This document shows positions 23,347 through 34,957 of a stretch of DNA of 64,000 nt, piece by piece. Both the position numbers and the translations under genes were made by a program. Under the pieces are notes generated by a model that was given only the letters and a program-made list of their open reading frames with translations, was not told the origin of the DNA and searched no databases. The stretch comes from Mobula hypostoma (taxonomy: Eukaryota). Where the stretch lies: positions 172,732,001 through 172,796,000 of the forward strand of contig NC_086101.1 in the NCBI RefSeq assembly GCF_963921235.1, given 5' to 3'. Positions within the stretch are counted from its first letter, which is position 1. Every line of letters begins with the position of its first letter.

Positions 23347-24407
23347 GGACCTTTTCAGAATGGCAGGCAGTGACTAGTGGGGTACCGCAAGGCTCAGTGC
23401 TGGGACCCCAGTTGTTTACAATATATATTAATGATTTGGATGAGGGAATTAAATGCAGCATCTCCAAGTTTGCAGATGACACGAAGCTGGGCGGCAGTGT
23501 TAGCTGTGAGGAGGATGCTAAGAGGATGCAGGGTGACTTGGATAGGTTGGGTGAGTGGGCAAATTCATGGCAGATGCAATTTAATGTGGATAAATGTGAA
23601 GTTATCCACTTTGGTGGCAAAAACAGGAAAACAGATTATTATCTGAATGGTGGCCCATTAGGAAAAGGGGAGGTGCAATGAGACCTGGGTGTCATTATAC
23701 ACCAGTCATTGAAAGTGGGCATGCAGGTACAGCAGGCGGTGAAAAAGGCGAATGGTATGCTGGCATTTATAGCAAGAGCATTCGAGTACAGGAGCAGGGA
23801 GGTACTACTGCAGTTGTACAAGGCCTTGATGAGACCACACCTGGAGTATTGTGTGCAGTTTTGGTCCCCTAATCTGAGGAAAGACATTCTTGCCATAGAG
23901 GGAGTACAAAGAAGGTTCACCAGATTGATTCCTGGGATGGCAGGACTTTCATATGGAGAAAGACTGGATGAACTAGGCTTGTACTCGTTGGAATTTAGAA
24001 GATTGAGGGGGGATCTGATTGAAACGTATAAAATCCTAAAGGGATTGGACAGGCTAGATGCTGGAAGATTGTTCCCGATGTTGGGGAAGTCCAGAACGAG
24101 GGGTCACGGTTTGAGGATAAAGGCGAAGCCTTTTAGGACTGAGATTAGGAAAAACTTCTTCACACAGAGAGTGGTGAATCTGTGGAATTCTCTGCCACAG
24201 CAAACAGTTGAGGCCAGTTCATTGGCTATATTTAAGAGGGAGTTAGATATGGCCCTTGTGGCTAGGGGGATCAGAGGGTATGGAGGGAAGGCTGGTGCAG
24301 GGTTCTGAGTTGGATGATCAGCCATGATCATAATAAATGGCGGTGCAGGCTCGAAGGGCCGAATGGCCTACTCCTGCACCTATTTTCTATGTTTCTATGT
24401 TTCTATG
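23347..24407 (+). mobile_element. Young 5'-truncated CR1 LINE, same subfamily as 1..1565, inserted in the hAT element
   Basis: Nearly identical to 512..1565; FADD motif intact; one CGA>TGA stop at 23679; tail (tttctatg)n. Confidence 0.95.
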
Positions 24408-24637
24408 ATTTTACTTTCTCTCTGCAAAACCGTTTTTGGCGATTCTGTTCGGGGGGGCGGTGTGTTAATCACGACCGGAATATAGGTGATAAGTGGCTAA
24501 TACACTCAATTTCATTTCTAAAAGGGTATATCTAATGAATTTAATATTAAACACACAGCGCATATCTTCCTCACATGAATATAGTGATAAGTCAATTATC
24601 AGGGGAGGACAGGGGGGCTTGGAGTAAGTGTTGAACG

Positions 24638-24832
24638 AACTTCCAGTAGAAGTGGTAGGGGCAGGTTCAATATTATCATTTAAAGAAAAATTGGATAGGT
24701 ATATGGACAGGAAAGGAGTGGAGGGTTATGGGCTGAGTGCAGGTTGATGGGACTAGGTGAGAGTCGCGTTCGGCACAGACTAGAAGGGCCGAGATGGCCT
24801 GTTTCCGTGCTGTAATTGTTATATGGTTATAT
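24638..24832 (+). mobile_element. Older CR1 3' tail inside the hAT element
   Basis: ttggataggtatatggacagg...gagggttatggg...gaagggccgagatggcctgtttccgtgctgta. Confidence 0.75.
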
Positions 24833-24949
24833 AAGTCACTTATCAGTCAATAGCATCACAACAGTTTAAGTAACATTTGGATATTAAACACACAGCACAT
24901 ATTTTTCCCGTATGAACATACAAAATCATTGCAACACACCAATATCGCT

Positions 24950-25245
24950 GAATCAGTGGGAGTCCTGGGCTTGTTTCCCTGCAACAAGACGGTCCTATCG
25001 AGGGGTGATGGGAGACAGCGATAGTCGAAGGGGGTTCCTTATGTCCCGTCTATTCCGCAACTTAGTTTTTGTTGCATTCATTGCAAAAAACTCCGCTTCG
25101 CAAGAAAATGGAAGCAACGTTTTCAGTGCTTTCCTGGCTATCTCAGGACATTCAGCCTTGACTTTGATACAGAATGCCGGCAGAGATGTTATGTCAAACA
25201 TACTTTTCAGCCCACCGTCATTTGCAAACTCGAGGAGTTGATCTC
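24950..25245 (-). pseudogene. hAT/Charlie transposase C-terminal fragment
   Basis: DQLLEFANDGGLKSMFDITSLPAFCIKVKAECPEIARKALKTLLPF-SCEAEFFAMNATKTKLRNRRDIRNPLRLSLSPITPR*DRLVAGKQAQDSH, resembling ZBED/SCAND3-type transposase C-termini; internal stop. Confidence 0.85.
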
Positions 25246-26917
25246 CTTCCGGCGCTGACATGGATGACGCGCGGGTAATGACCTCACATGCGTAATGGCT
25301 CAACAGTAGGCATGACAGGGAATGAGGAAAGGTTTTCTCGCGGCCAGGTAGCAGATGCTTTGCGGCCCGGTGGTTGGGGACCGCTGTGGTACCAGACACT
25401 CAAAGGGAGTTCAGCACAGATGCAAATCAGGCAGGCAAGCTAGGCTTAACAGTAATGACTTTCAGTCCTGTGTTCAGTAGATTTGTTAACTAGTTGTATC
25501 CAGGGCATAGAAGATGGGGGCAGAAAAACAAGCCTTAAGATTCAACATTATCAACTAAACTACTTTCTAATCTTTCAGGGGAACTGTGTCAAAACACACT
25601 GCTCCTAAATGGTTGGGAAGGGCCTCAGGAAAAAAAGTGGCAAAGCATGAAACAAAATTGCCATTTCCCCCATCCTTTAAATGAATCATTATAAAAGGAA
25701 TCATATTTCCCTCAGCATCAGTTCATCTGCACATCAAATGTAATGTTTTCACAGCTGCCTTACCTTCTCCTGATTTAACCAGCCACTAACTTTATCTACA
25801 TCACAACAGTATTTAATCCATTACATTCCTACTTCTTTACCATCATCAAAGAGACATTTTCTGACAAACCATAACATAGTTTTCAGCAGAGATTGATCAG
25901 GAGAAAGCATGCCTAAATAAGCAAAGTCTGTCTGGTTGAAAAGAGCAAAGCTTGCACCTAAAACACACCCATAGCAAGTCAGAGGAGGGCATGTTCCTTG
26001 AATAAGCCAGCTTATTTTTTTAAACATGCATTTCTTGACAGCAAGTGTCTTTATAGGCAATCTTTTGAACATTATGACATCCAAAATCCTGATGTACAAA
26101 AAAAGGATGAGTTAAGGCTAACTGATCAAAAAACAAAAACTACCAAAAGGCACCTAATAACCTGTTAAGAGTTCCATAATGGCTATAAGTGTCAGCCCAG
26201 AGAATTTTTATTTTCATTAAAAATGCTATATGTGCTTTCAAAATGCTCTGACAGACCTTGTGACCAATTCTATTTATGGGATACATTGGTCAATTGTGTA
26301 ATAGGCAAAAAAAAGGCCAGAGACCAAAGACAAAACCAAAAAAAAGTGCTCAAAGATCCCCAGAAGAAAACAGCAATTCAGTCAAGCTAATATCTTACAC
26401 AAAGTCAGGAATTAACTTTAATAGTGACTTCAATTTATAGAGACTGAAATTTGATGTACTTTCGAAATAGTTAATATTGCCATACATGAATACACCTACA
26501 GACCTAGGAAAGAAAAACTTCACTTCAGAAAACGAGAAATTTAAACACTAGATATAATTATTTCTATGATTAACCTTCAAGTGTCATTTGAAGCCTCAGG
26601 CAAATTTATCAATCACCCTCCCCTTAGATCTGTCAGTATTAGGACTCACTGTAGTAGATGAATGTGTATGCAGTTATATACTGTCAGGCACACATTCACT
26701 TACACCTCAAGCCACCCTCTAAGCTTTTTTTCAAACTGTGGGTGTGCTTTCTACTGAAACAGCACAAACACGGAATACAGTCAGGGAAAGGGAAAATTAT
26801 AAGCAGCACATGGTGGCCAGCAGGAAGAAGAATCGCATAGCATTAACAGAGATAATTAAAATCAAACAAACATTAACTATAAGAAATTTGTATGGCATGG
26901 AATGGGAGGAACAGTAC

Positions 26918-27740
26918 CTTGCTGATATGTGAATGGCAAGCAGTTTCCAACATCAATAAAACAGACCTACAGAGTCTGTGTAGAATAAGCAGGATAACGT
27001 AGAGCAAAATCCCTGCAGCTCAGCGGAAAGGCAGTCCATAGCTTTGCCACTGCTAACATCTGGGCAGAAAACGACAGAGGAAGTTTTGCGCCTGTGCTGC
27101 ATGCCGCTTGTCACTCATCGACTACCAGTGTGTCCCCAGAGAAGAGGGACGGCTACAGTTTCAATGCTCAGTTAGTAGCCAGGCTGGGTATCAGCCTATC
27201 TTCCCAACATAGTTTGGGTTGTTTCATCGGCAAAGCGAGCAGAGGGCAGGGAAATAAATGAAACAAGTTGCGGCCGCCAGGACAACATTCTCCATAAAAT
27301 AGTCCAGCCACTACTACCACTGGCACTCTGCAACCCCCAAACTTCCCCGCAAACCCTCAGCACTTCATCGAGCTTTGATGGCGCTTTCCTTCTGTAATTC
27401 CAAGCCTCTTCAATTAAGCTGTTTCCTAAAAAGAGAACAGAAACCTTTCTGCCCTGCCAAGTACAAGGCCTGTCATCATTCATTACTAACAGCGCTTCGC
27501 TCAGGCTACCAGCAAGCGTGCAGACTCCAACAAGACTGCTGAGTACAGAGAAAGCCTGTCCTGAGACATTGGGAGCACACTGCTGCGACTTGCCAGCGTC
27601 TGGCTGGCCAACTGTGACTGACTGAATTACATCAGTGACCTCTGACACATGCCTAAAGTGGAGCTGGGTGGGCACTGTGTTTGACGAGCGAGGGCTAAGT
27701 ACGTGGGCAAACCTGAGGAAGGGATCGACCACCTTCACTG
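26918..27740 (-). promoter_or_regulatory. Repeat-free GC/CpG-elevated island; candidate internal promoter and alternative first exon of the teneurin gene
   Basis: Raised GC and CpG (including GCGGCCGC); ORF 27102..26967 ends in phase 1 at a weak GTCTGT donor; a second donor AAG|gtactg lies at 26918. Confidence 0.35.
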
Positions 27741-28899
27741 TTGCATCTTATTTTCAACTGCAACTAACTGAACATCTGAACAAGAAATGGAGACTGAATT
27801 TGTACTTTGTACCTGCTCTACCATTCATTAAGAATGTTATTGATTCTGCTCCACTATCCTCCAATCATATTCCTGTTCAAAAGTCTATTAATTTCAATGC
27901 CCAAACATCTACAGCCCTCTTAACTACAACACAGGTTCAGAATACAACAGGACTTCCTCACCATAAGTCCGGATTGGACATCTCCTCCTTGCTGACAAGC
28001 AACATAGGCCCACATCAAGGCTGCGTTGAATGGTCCATGAACCCATGAATGCAACTTTGCTATTTGTATTTTACACAATTTATTTTGTAACTTACAGTAA
28101 TTTTATGTCCTGCACTGTATACTGCTGCAAAGCAACACATTTCACAACCAATGTCAGTGATAATATATCTGACTCTGAGGAAAAAGATACTTTCCTCATC
28201 AAATCCATCTAAAGCAATCCATTCCCGACACCTCTCCTGATGCTCTAAAAACTGGTTTCTCTCAAATCACTATCCGACTTCCTTTGAAAGCCCTGACTGA
28301 CGATTTCCATCAGCAGTGACCTCCTGGTCTATAGCATTATCTGTGTAAAGATGGTTTGCATTACAATCTTCCTGTATCTCAGACATGTTACTTTGCTCAA
28401 GGCCCCTCAGCCCTTGAACAATTCACAGACATCAAATTCCCAAGATTTGCAACACACTCCAGAAGTCACTTGCTACCCCTATTGCAAATGACCATCTCCT
28501 CAAAGTCTTTCAGAGTTTAGTGTCTTATGCACACATGCATGCATGCATAGGTGCAATGAAAAACTTACTTGCAGCAGCACCACGAGTTCACATCATATTA
28601 GCAGCATTCACAAGAAATATACATAAATTAGTCATAAATTATGCACGTTTTTACAAGAAATAACACAATTAAAACAAAAAAGTCCATTATCCTTAATTCC
28701 ATCACCACCTTCTACCAAGAGAATATAGCCCTTTAGCAACTACTCTGACATTCACCCTCAAAATCTAGTTACTTGCAATTAACCTCCCTGTGGTCACATA
28801 AGAACAATATATTTTTAAAAGAACTGTTAATGAATACAACATCAGAAATAAAGTTTGGAGAGCTGATTTTCTGAGACATCCACAAACCCTTGCTACTAC

Positions 28900-29068
28900 T
28901 GTCATTGTTCCTTTTCACGCCTTGCGGCACATCGGGCGCCATTTTTGATGTATTTGACTGTTTTTTTATGAGGCAGAGTTGCTAGCTCAGCAGTTAACCC
29001 AGCACAGAGTGGAAAGTGTCCAGCCAGATTCGAACCGAGACCATTCATCTCAAAGCCACCACTGGCTA
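28900..29068 (-). mobile_element. tRNA-derived SINE
   Basis: Reverse B-box ggttcgaatc near 29030, with a tail ending ...gatgtgccgcaaggcgtgaaaaggaac. Confidence 0.5.
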
Positions 29069-29199
29069 CTCTTGCTGTTACTTTGCTTGAAATTCAGACT
29101 TCACAAATAATGATTGAGCTATGATACAACTTTGAGTAGTTTAAACTAACTCTAGAATCAATAGTCTCGCAGTATGTCCTGCCACCTTCAAAGATCTCA

Positions 29200-30130
29200 G
29201 TCGCTGATGTCTCTCACCATTCCTTCTCCAAAATATATCATCTCACACTTCTGTGCATTTAACTCCATCTGCCACCTACTGCTCATTTTGACCGTCTATC
29301 TGTCTTGATGCAGTTCACTTCTATCATCTTGCCGCACCATGTTTGCCATGATTGGCAAATATTGAAACTTTAAAAGTTTCGTTTGTACCTAATGCCCAAG
29401 TTATTTATATAGAACATAGAACATTACAGCACAGTACATGCCCTTCAGCCACAATGTTTTGCAGACCTCTTAACCTACTTTAAGAACAACCTAACCCTTT
29501 CCTGCAATGTCATTTTCCATTTTTTTTTATCATCCATGTGCCTATCTAAGAGTGCCTTAAGTGTCCCTAACGTACCTGGCTCTACCAACCCTCTGACAGG
29601 ACGTTCTGCACACTCACCACTCTCTGTGCAAAGAACTTACCCCTGATATCTCCCTTTACTTTCCTCCGATCATTTTAAATTTATGCCCGCTTGTATTAGT
29701 CATTTCCGCTTTGTGTAAAAGTCTCTGACTATACATATATACTTATATTGCTAAAAAAAAATCCATGCTAGCTCTGACTCTCACCTTCTCTACCAAAGTC
29801 TAGTCTGAAAAACTGCCATTTACCACATGGTTTTGTCTTTAGTTTATCAGAGTTTATCTGCACATCTCCTACTCAATGAACGTCAGTTTTGTTATTCAGA
29901 CCTGCACATGTTACTATGTCAAGCATTTTCTTAAAATCCAAGTAGACAGCATCCACTAAGTTCTATTCATCAATCTTCTCTGCTGAATCCATCTAAACTT
30001 TCAATGAAATGATTCTGACATGATCTGCATTTCAAAAATCTATGTTGACCGTCATAATTAACTCAAACCTCTCCAAATACCTGTTAATTTGGTTCCCTGA
30101 TTACTGCTTCCAAAACCTATCCAACTGCTT
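29200..30130 (-). mobile_element. Old CR1 RT fragment interrupted by a younger CR1 3' end (about 29408..29730)
   Basis: Reverse strand encodes VDAVYLDFKK near 29955; a CR1 3' UTR starts atagaacatagaacattacagcacagtaca. Confidence 0.6.
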
Positions 30131-31603
30131 TCAACTAGGATGTATTCTCCCATTGCCTGGAATAACCTGACACTAAGCTCTGATCATGTGACTCCAGCTG
30201 GCATTTATCTATATTTGAAGAGTTACTGGCAGTCCTGTGGGAGAGTTGAGTAATTGCAGTAATATCTGAAACTTCCCTGGTGAAAGAAGCCTGTCACCTT
30301 TAATAATGCTATTTAAAGATTTATACTCTTTGTTTCCATCTACACCCACACATTCCCAGTACCAAAGGCCCCTCCTCAAGTGTGGTACAGATAAACAGCC
30401 TCCCCTACCATATATACTACAGCCATTAGGAGCCTCACAGTGAATGTCAGAGAAACACTCATCCCCAGCCAGTGTGATCTGTGTTTAATCAGTGCTTACA
30501 GCCCCAGTTTCTGAATGCTGATCACAGGTAAGAGTCCAGGATAACGATTTACTCTTTCACTAGGCAATTGTACATGACGGTGCCTGCCACCTAGATCACA
30601 CGGGTTTCCCCAGCTGCTCGAGTCAGGCAGTTTGGTGTTGGGCCTGAAGAGGGTACATCTGCTGAGAGTCAGAACCAGTTCAGCAGATGCGAAGGTCCTC
30701 AGAAATTAACAAAAGTATGCGAATGTGAAGAGACACCAAACTGGGTAACAACTGACTGGCAGATGGTGGAGTGACATCTGCCAGAGTCACCAGTTGGAAC
30801 TGTAACATCCAGTCTGAACATCTCCCATTTAGGGAAAGATAAAACCCTCACTTTGCCCCAATAGTCTTGATAAAGCACACACTTCCAGATTGAATAGGCA
30901 TACATATCACTTATGCATCAACACATTTGCATTTACAGTACATATATAATAATGTTCTCACGCCCTCAGGACAAACTGAAGCACTATACAGGCAGCAAAG
31001 TTCTCCAGTAACGTGGAAAACTTGTTCCTACAATACTACTGGACTATTAGCCAAAACATTCCACTTAGGTGTCTGTGGGAATTTGAAGTCAAAACCTTCT
31101 GATTTAGGTGATAACATCTCCTAACCTGAGACCTCCAAACAGTGATCCATCTGTGCTATGTCCATACACATGGGGCTACAAGGCTTAACTGTGATGCCCT
31201 CTACAGTTAATCTGCTTCTTTGCCCATGTCCTGGAGGACCGGCAACTTCACAATCATGGTCAAAGTACATTTATTATCGAAGTGTACTCCATACAAGCTT
31301 GACCCTGTAGTGACAGCGTAAGCATAAATATTACAGATGACTTCAGGGAAACAGACACTGGAAAAACGCAATACTGTAACCACAAACTGGATCAATTCAC
31401 TCCCATTTCCCAGTACTTGCATACCTATTAGTGGCAAAAGAATCCCTGATCCAAACAGAAAATCTTCCCCGGTTAACTGCTTTTCAATACTCAGAAAACA
31501 AGCAATGACTCTCCAGCCAAACTAACAGAAACACTAAAGCACTTCAAGATCTCATCACTTTTTGTGTTAGCTATTTTCCCTTAAGTCATCACTGCCAATT
31601 CTA

Positions 31604-32100
31604 CACTCAGTGGCCACGTTATTAGGTATACTTATACACACGCATGTTATTCCAAATAATATGAGACAGAATCTTAATCCAGAAAAGCATGCAAACGTGG
31701 TCAAGAGGTTCAGTTGTTGTTCAAACCAAACATCAGAATGGAGAAGAAATGCGATCTAAGTGAATTTGACCTTGGAATGATTGTCGGTGCCAAATGGGGT
31801 GGTTTGAGTATCTCAGAAACTGCTGATCTCCTGAGATTTTCATGCACAACAGAGTTCACAGAAAATGGTGTGATAAATAAAAATCCATCCAGTATGTGGC
31901 TTTTCTGTGGGTGACAATGCCTCATTAATGAGAGAGATTAGAGGAGAAAGGCCAGACTGATTCAAGCTGACAGGGATGTGTTAGTAACTCAAATAACCAT
32001 ATGTTACAACAGTGATGTGCAGAAGAGCATCTCTGAACACACATGTCAAACCTTGAAGTGAACAGGGTACGAACATACATTCAGTGGCCACTGGATTAGA
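31604..32100 (+). mobile_element. Non-autonomous Tc1 element
   Basis: TA-CACTCAGTGGCCACGTTATTAGGTA end; MEKKCDLSEFDLGMIVGAKWGGLSISETADLL. Confidence 0.85.
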
Positions 32101-32439
32101 CATCCTTTTTTTTTGAGTATAACTTGCTTAATGAATGTTTAAGTGGAATATGTTAGAAAAAAATATTTTAAAAATCTGGACGCCCTGCCTAACTGGGCGG
32201 TGAAGGAGAGACTCATATGACATATAAGTAGTATCCAGAAGGACACTGAATTACTAAGGCATAGAAACTTATGGACCAAGTACTGGTAAATGAGAATAGT
32301 AGAGGAGACTGCTTGATGGTCAGCATGGATGGTCCACAGTGCCTAATGAATTACTTTGAAAGAGAAATTCTCAAATAAATTTCTTCTTTTTTATCTGAAA
32401 GTGCCCATCACTCCTCAATATTTTTCAGTAGCTATGTCT

Positions 32440-33030
32440 TTGCGGTTTGCACTCACCTTTGAGTCTGTGGGTTTAAGACCTCAGAGAGACATATAGGCCC
32501 TGCAGCCTATCTGGTCTGTCCAAACTATTGTTCTGCCTAATCCTATTAACATGCACCTGGACCATATCCATCCATATCCCTCCCATCCATTTCTTATCTA
32601 AACTTCTGTTAAATGTCAAAATCCAACCCACACCCACCACTTCTGCAGGCAGCTTGTTCCACTCTCGCCTGCCCTCTTAGGGAATGTTCCCCCTCGTATT
32701 CACTTAAACAATTCACCTTTCACCATTAACTCATAATCTCTAGTTCTAGTCATACCTAGCCTCAGTAGAAAAAGTCTGTTTGTACTTACCCTATCTATAT
32801 CCTTCACAATTGTATGTACCTCTATCAAATCTCCCCTCAATCTCCTATGTCTATAGAGACTCCATTACATCATTTTGTCTGACTCTTCAGTGCATTGCCA
32901 AGAGACCGTAGCACTGAGGGTGCTTTTGCCTCTTTAGTTAGGTGTCAAATTGAGAATCAACCTGAGCTCAGCTAGACACAGAAGAACCTATGTGAATTCA
33001 AAGTAGGGAGTTCTCCTGGGGATGATCTGG
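32440..33030. mobile_element. DeuSINE (+) split by a CR1 3' fragment (-, about 32490..32850)
   Basis: SINE head (ctttgagtctgtgggtttaagac) resumes as Deu-like gactcttcagtgca...gtagcactgagggtgc after a reverse CR1 segment. Confidence 0.55.
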
Positions 33031-33966
33031 TGAGCAGCCTTTCTTGCTAAAAGACATGAAAAACTAACTGCAGATTGGAAATAAAAGAAGAAATTAATAG
33101 AAATATTGAGTTAGTTAGTCAGAGACTGTAAAGGCAATTCATTAATTCTGTTTCTCTTTCCATCAATGCTGTCATATGCCAAAAGACAAACTTTGGATCA
33201 CTCAGTTTTCCTCAACACAATGTTTGCACTTTATGTGTGTACCTGCACTGCATGTTCTTTAGAACAGTAACATAATATTCTGTATTCTGCTTCACTTTTG
33301 GTTACGCCAATGTACTTGCATGGAATAATCTTGCTTGCTACTTGCGGGACCACGCTGAACAAAGGCCCACCTAACTACTCAGCGGCAGAGGCAACACATA
33401 AGAAAACAATTCATCAAAACATGCCGAAGATGTGACAGACAGTGGAAGGTCTGTTGTACACTGGGGCAAAAGAATATTTCAGAAGGATTAAACGCCTTTC
33501 AAGACGTCCAAAAGTAAAATTTCTGAAGAGAGCACTTTAGTAGATAATGACATTAAATGTTGCTGTAACAAACAAAGCTTATTGAAAATATTCACAGAGC
33601 TTTACTCTATGGACACAAGTCTTGTGTCTGTTCTTTGAAAGGGACATCCCATAAATCTTGTTTGACTGCTTTTTTCCCCCGACAGTGTGGAAATTTTCTT
33701 CCCTTCAAGAATATGTGCTATTTCTTTTCCAACGTTGCTATTAAATCTGCCTTCATTGTACTCTCAGGCATCACCAGTGCATATTGAGCAGAAAGGCTGT
33801 CCTCGTCTCAGCTCAGGCTGCTTTACTAATTATTTTAAGTTAGCCAGTCCTCCCTTTTGCTTACTTATTCATCAAAACCGAACAGGACTCTGTTAAATCT
33901 CCGAAGCGTTCTCATTCCGGGATTCCAACTTCTCTGACTCATCTCTAAAAATCTTAAAAAGCTTAC

Positions 33967-33994
33967 CTTTTTGGAGAAGCCTCCAATAGTCCAT
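33967..33994 (-). CDS. Candidate alternative first coding exon of the teneurin gene (MDYWRLLQK-G); 5' UTR boundary unknown
   Basis: TAA-ATG GAC TAT TGG AGG CTT CTC CAA AAA G|gtaagc: consensus donor, phase 1 matching the 13064 exon, inside repeat-free sequence. Confidence 0.45.
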
Positions 33995-34760
33995 TTAAGG
34001 CTCTCAGCAGAAGGATAGAGAGGGTCTGGCAAGCATTCCACATGCTTGTCCGCTTCTCTCTGAATGTTGTAATCAGGATCATACAACGCACGTGAGAGCA
34101 CAGTTTGTAAATTAAAGTGGTCTCCTGTCTGTTATAGGCAGGATTATCTGACACCTTTTTAAAGCTGTGCCCAAAACAAAAAGGCTCAGGCGGGCAATTG
34201 GAAGGACAATGTCCTCACCAGATTTTCAATTCCATCTGCCCTGCTCTCAGGAACATAGCAAGCAAACGTCATTTGAGGGTCTCCCTTTTGACAAAGATCA
34301 ATGGGAAAGCAATCGAGGCACAAGGAAACTCTCAATAGTTAAGAAAGTATTCAAATATCAGCGCAGCGAAGATTGACAAATCCAATAAATCACTACTACT
34401 TTGTCATTCAGTCCAACTTCATTCAGGTGGCCAAAATAATAAAAAGGTTAAAGCCCATCTTACACTGGGAAATGCTTCTTGCAGCAAAGGTCTCGTGATG
34501 CGCTCCAATGAAGGAGTGTATAGGGCAGCTTCCCATTAACCTTTAAGACCAAGCAAGCCTTTGTTTGCGCTGCAGATACTAATACACTTGTACAGCTAAG
34601 GAAGTCAGAGTGATTGGAAAGCTTAATCAGCAGTTCTGGCTTGACATGTCCCTTTAAGGGAAGAAGACCTTTGATCGCCTCCTTTGTTCACAACATTACA
34701 ATACAGATGGGTTGCTCTCTTTTTCAATCTTCCTAAGCTTACAGCTTGCCAGCCTTTGAA
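33995..34760 (-). promoter_or_regulatory. Candidate internal promoter and 5' UTR upstream of the MDYWRLLQK exon
   Basis: Repeat-free; CCAAT/ATTGG at about 34382, 34505 and 34613; E-box CACGTG near 34089; near-palindromic ccctttaaggg near 34650. Confidence 0.3.
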
Positions 34761-34957
34761 TCAAAAATCTGGATGCAATCTACTGTGGGACACTCTCTCG
34801 GAATAGCAAGCAAATAACTTTAATGGAGAAGGTACAAATTTTGGAGAATAATTTTCAGTGTTATGGGAACCAGCAGGGGATTGGGACTCACTAGAGAGCC
34901 CAATTTGGTGCAAGCATTGATATTATGGGCTAATATGAACTCAACAGCTCTACTCTA

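Larger units (their letters stand above)
23156..25386 (-). mobile_element. Internally deleted hAT (Charlie/Buster-type) DNA transposon containing CR1 inserts
   Basis: TIRs CAGGGGTCCCCAACC...GGTTGGGGACCGCTG; 8-bp TSD ttgtacca/tggtacca (7/8); transposase C-terminal dimerisation region on the minus strand. Confidence 0.9.

Noticed and set aside
27196-27738. 180-codon minus-strand ORF
   Set aside because: Non-ATG start and no recognisable domain; expected by chance in a GC-elevated island. The region is kept only as a promoter/UTR candidate.
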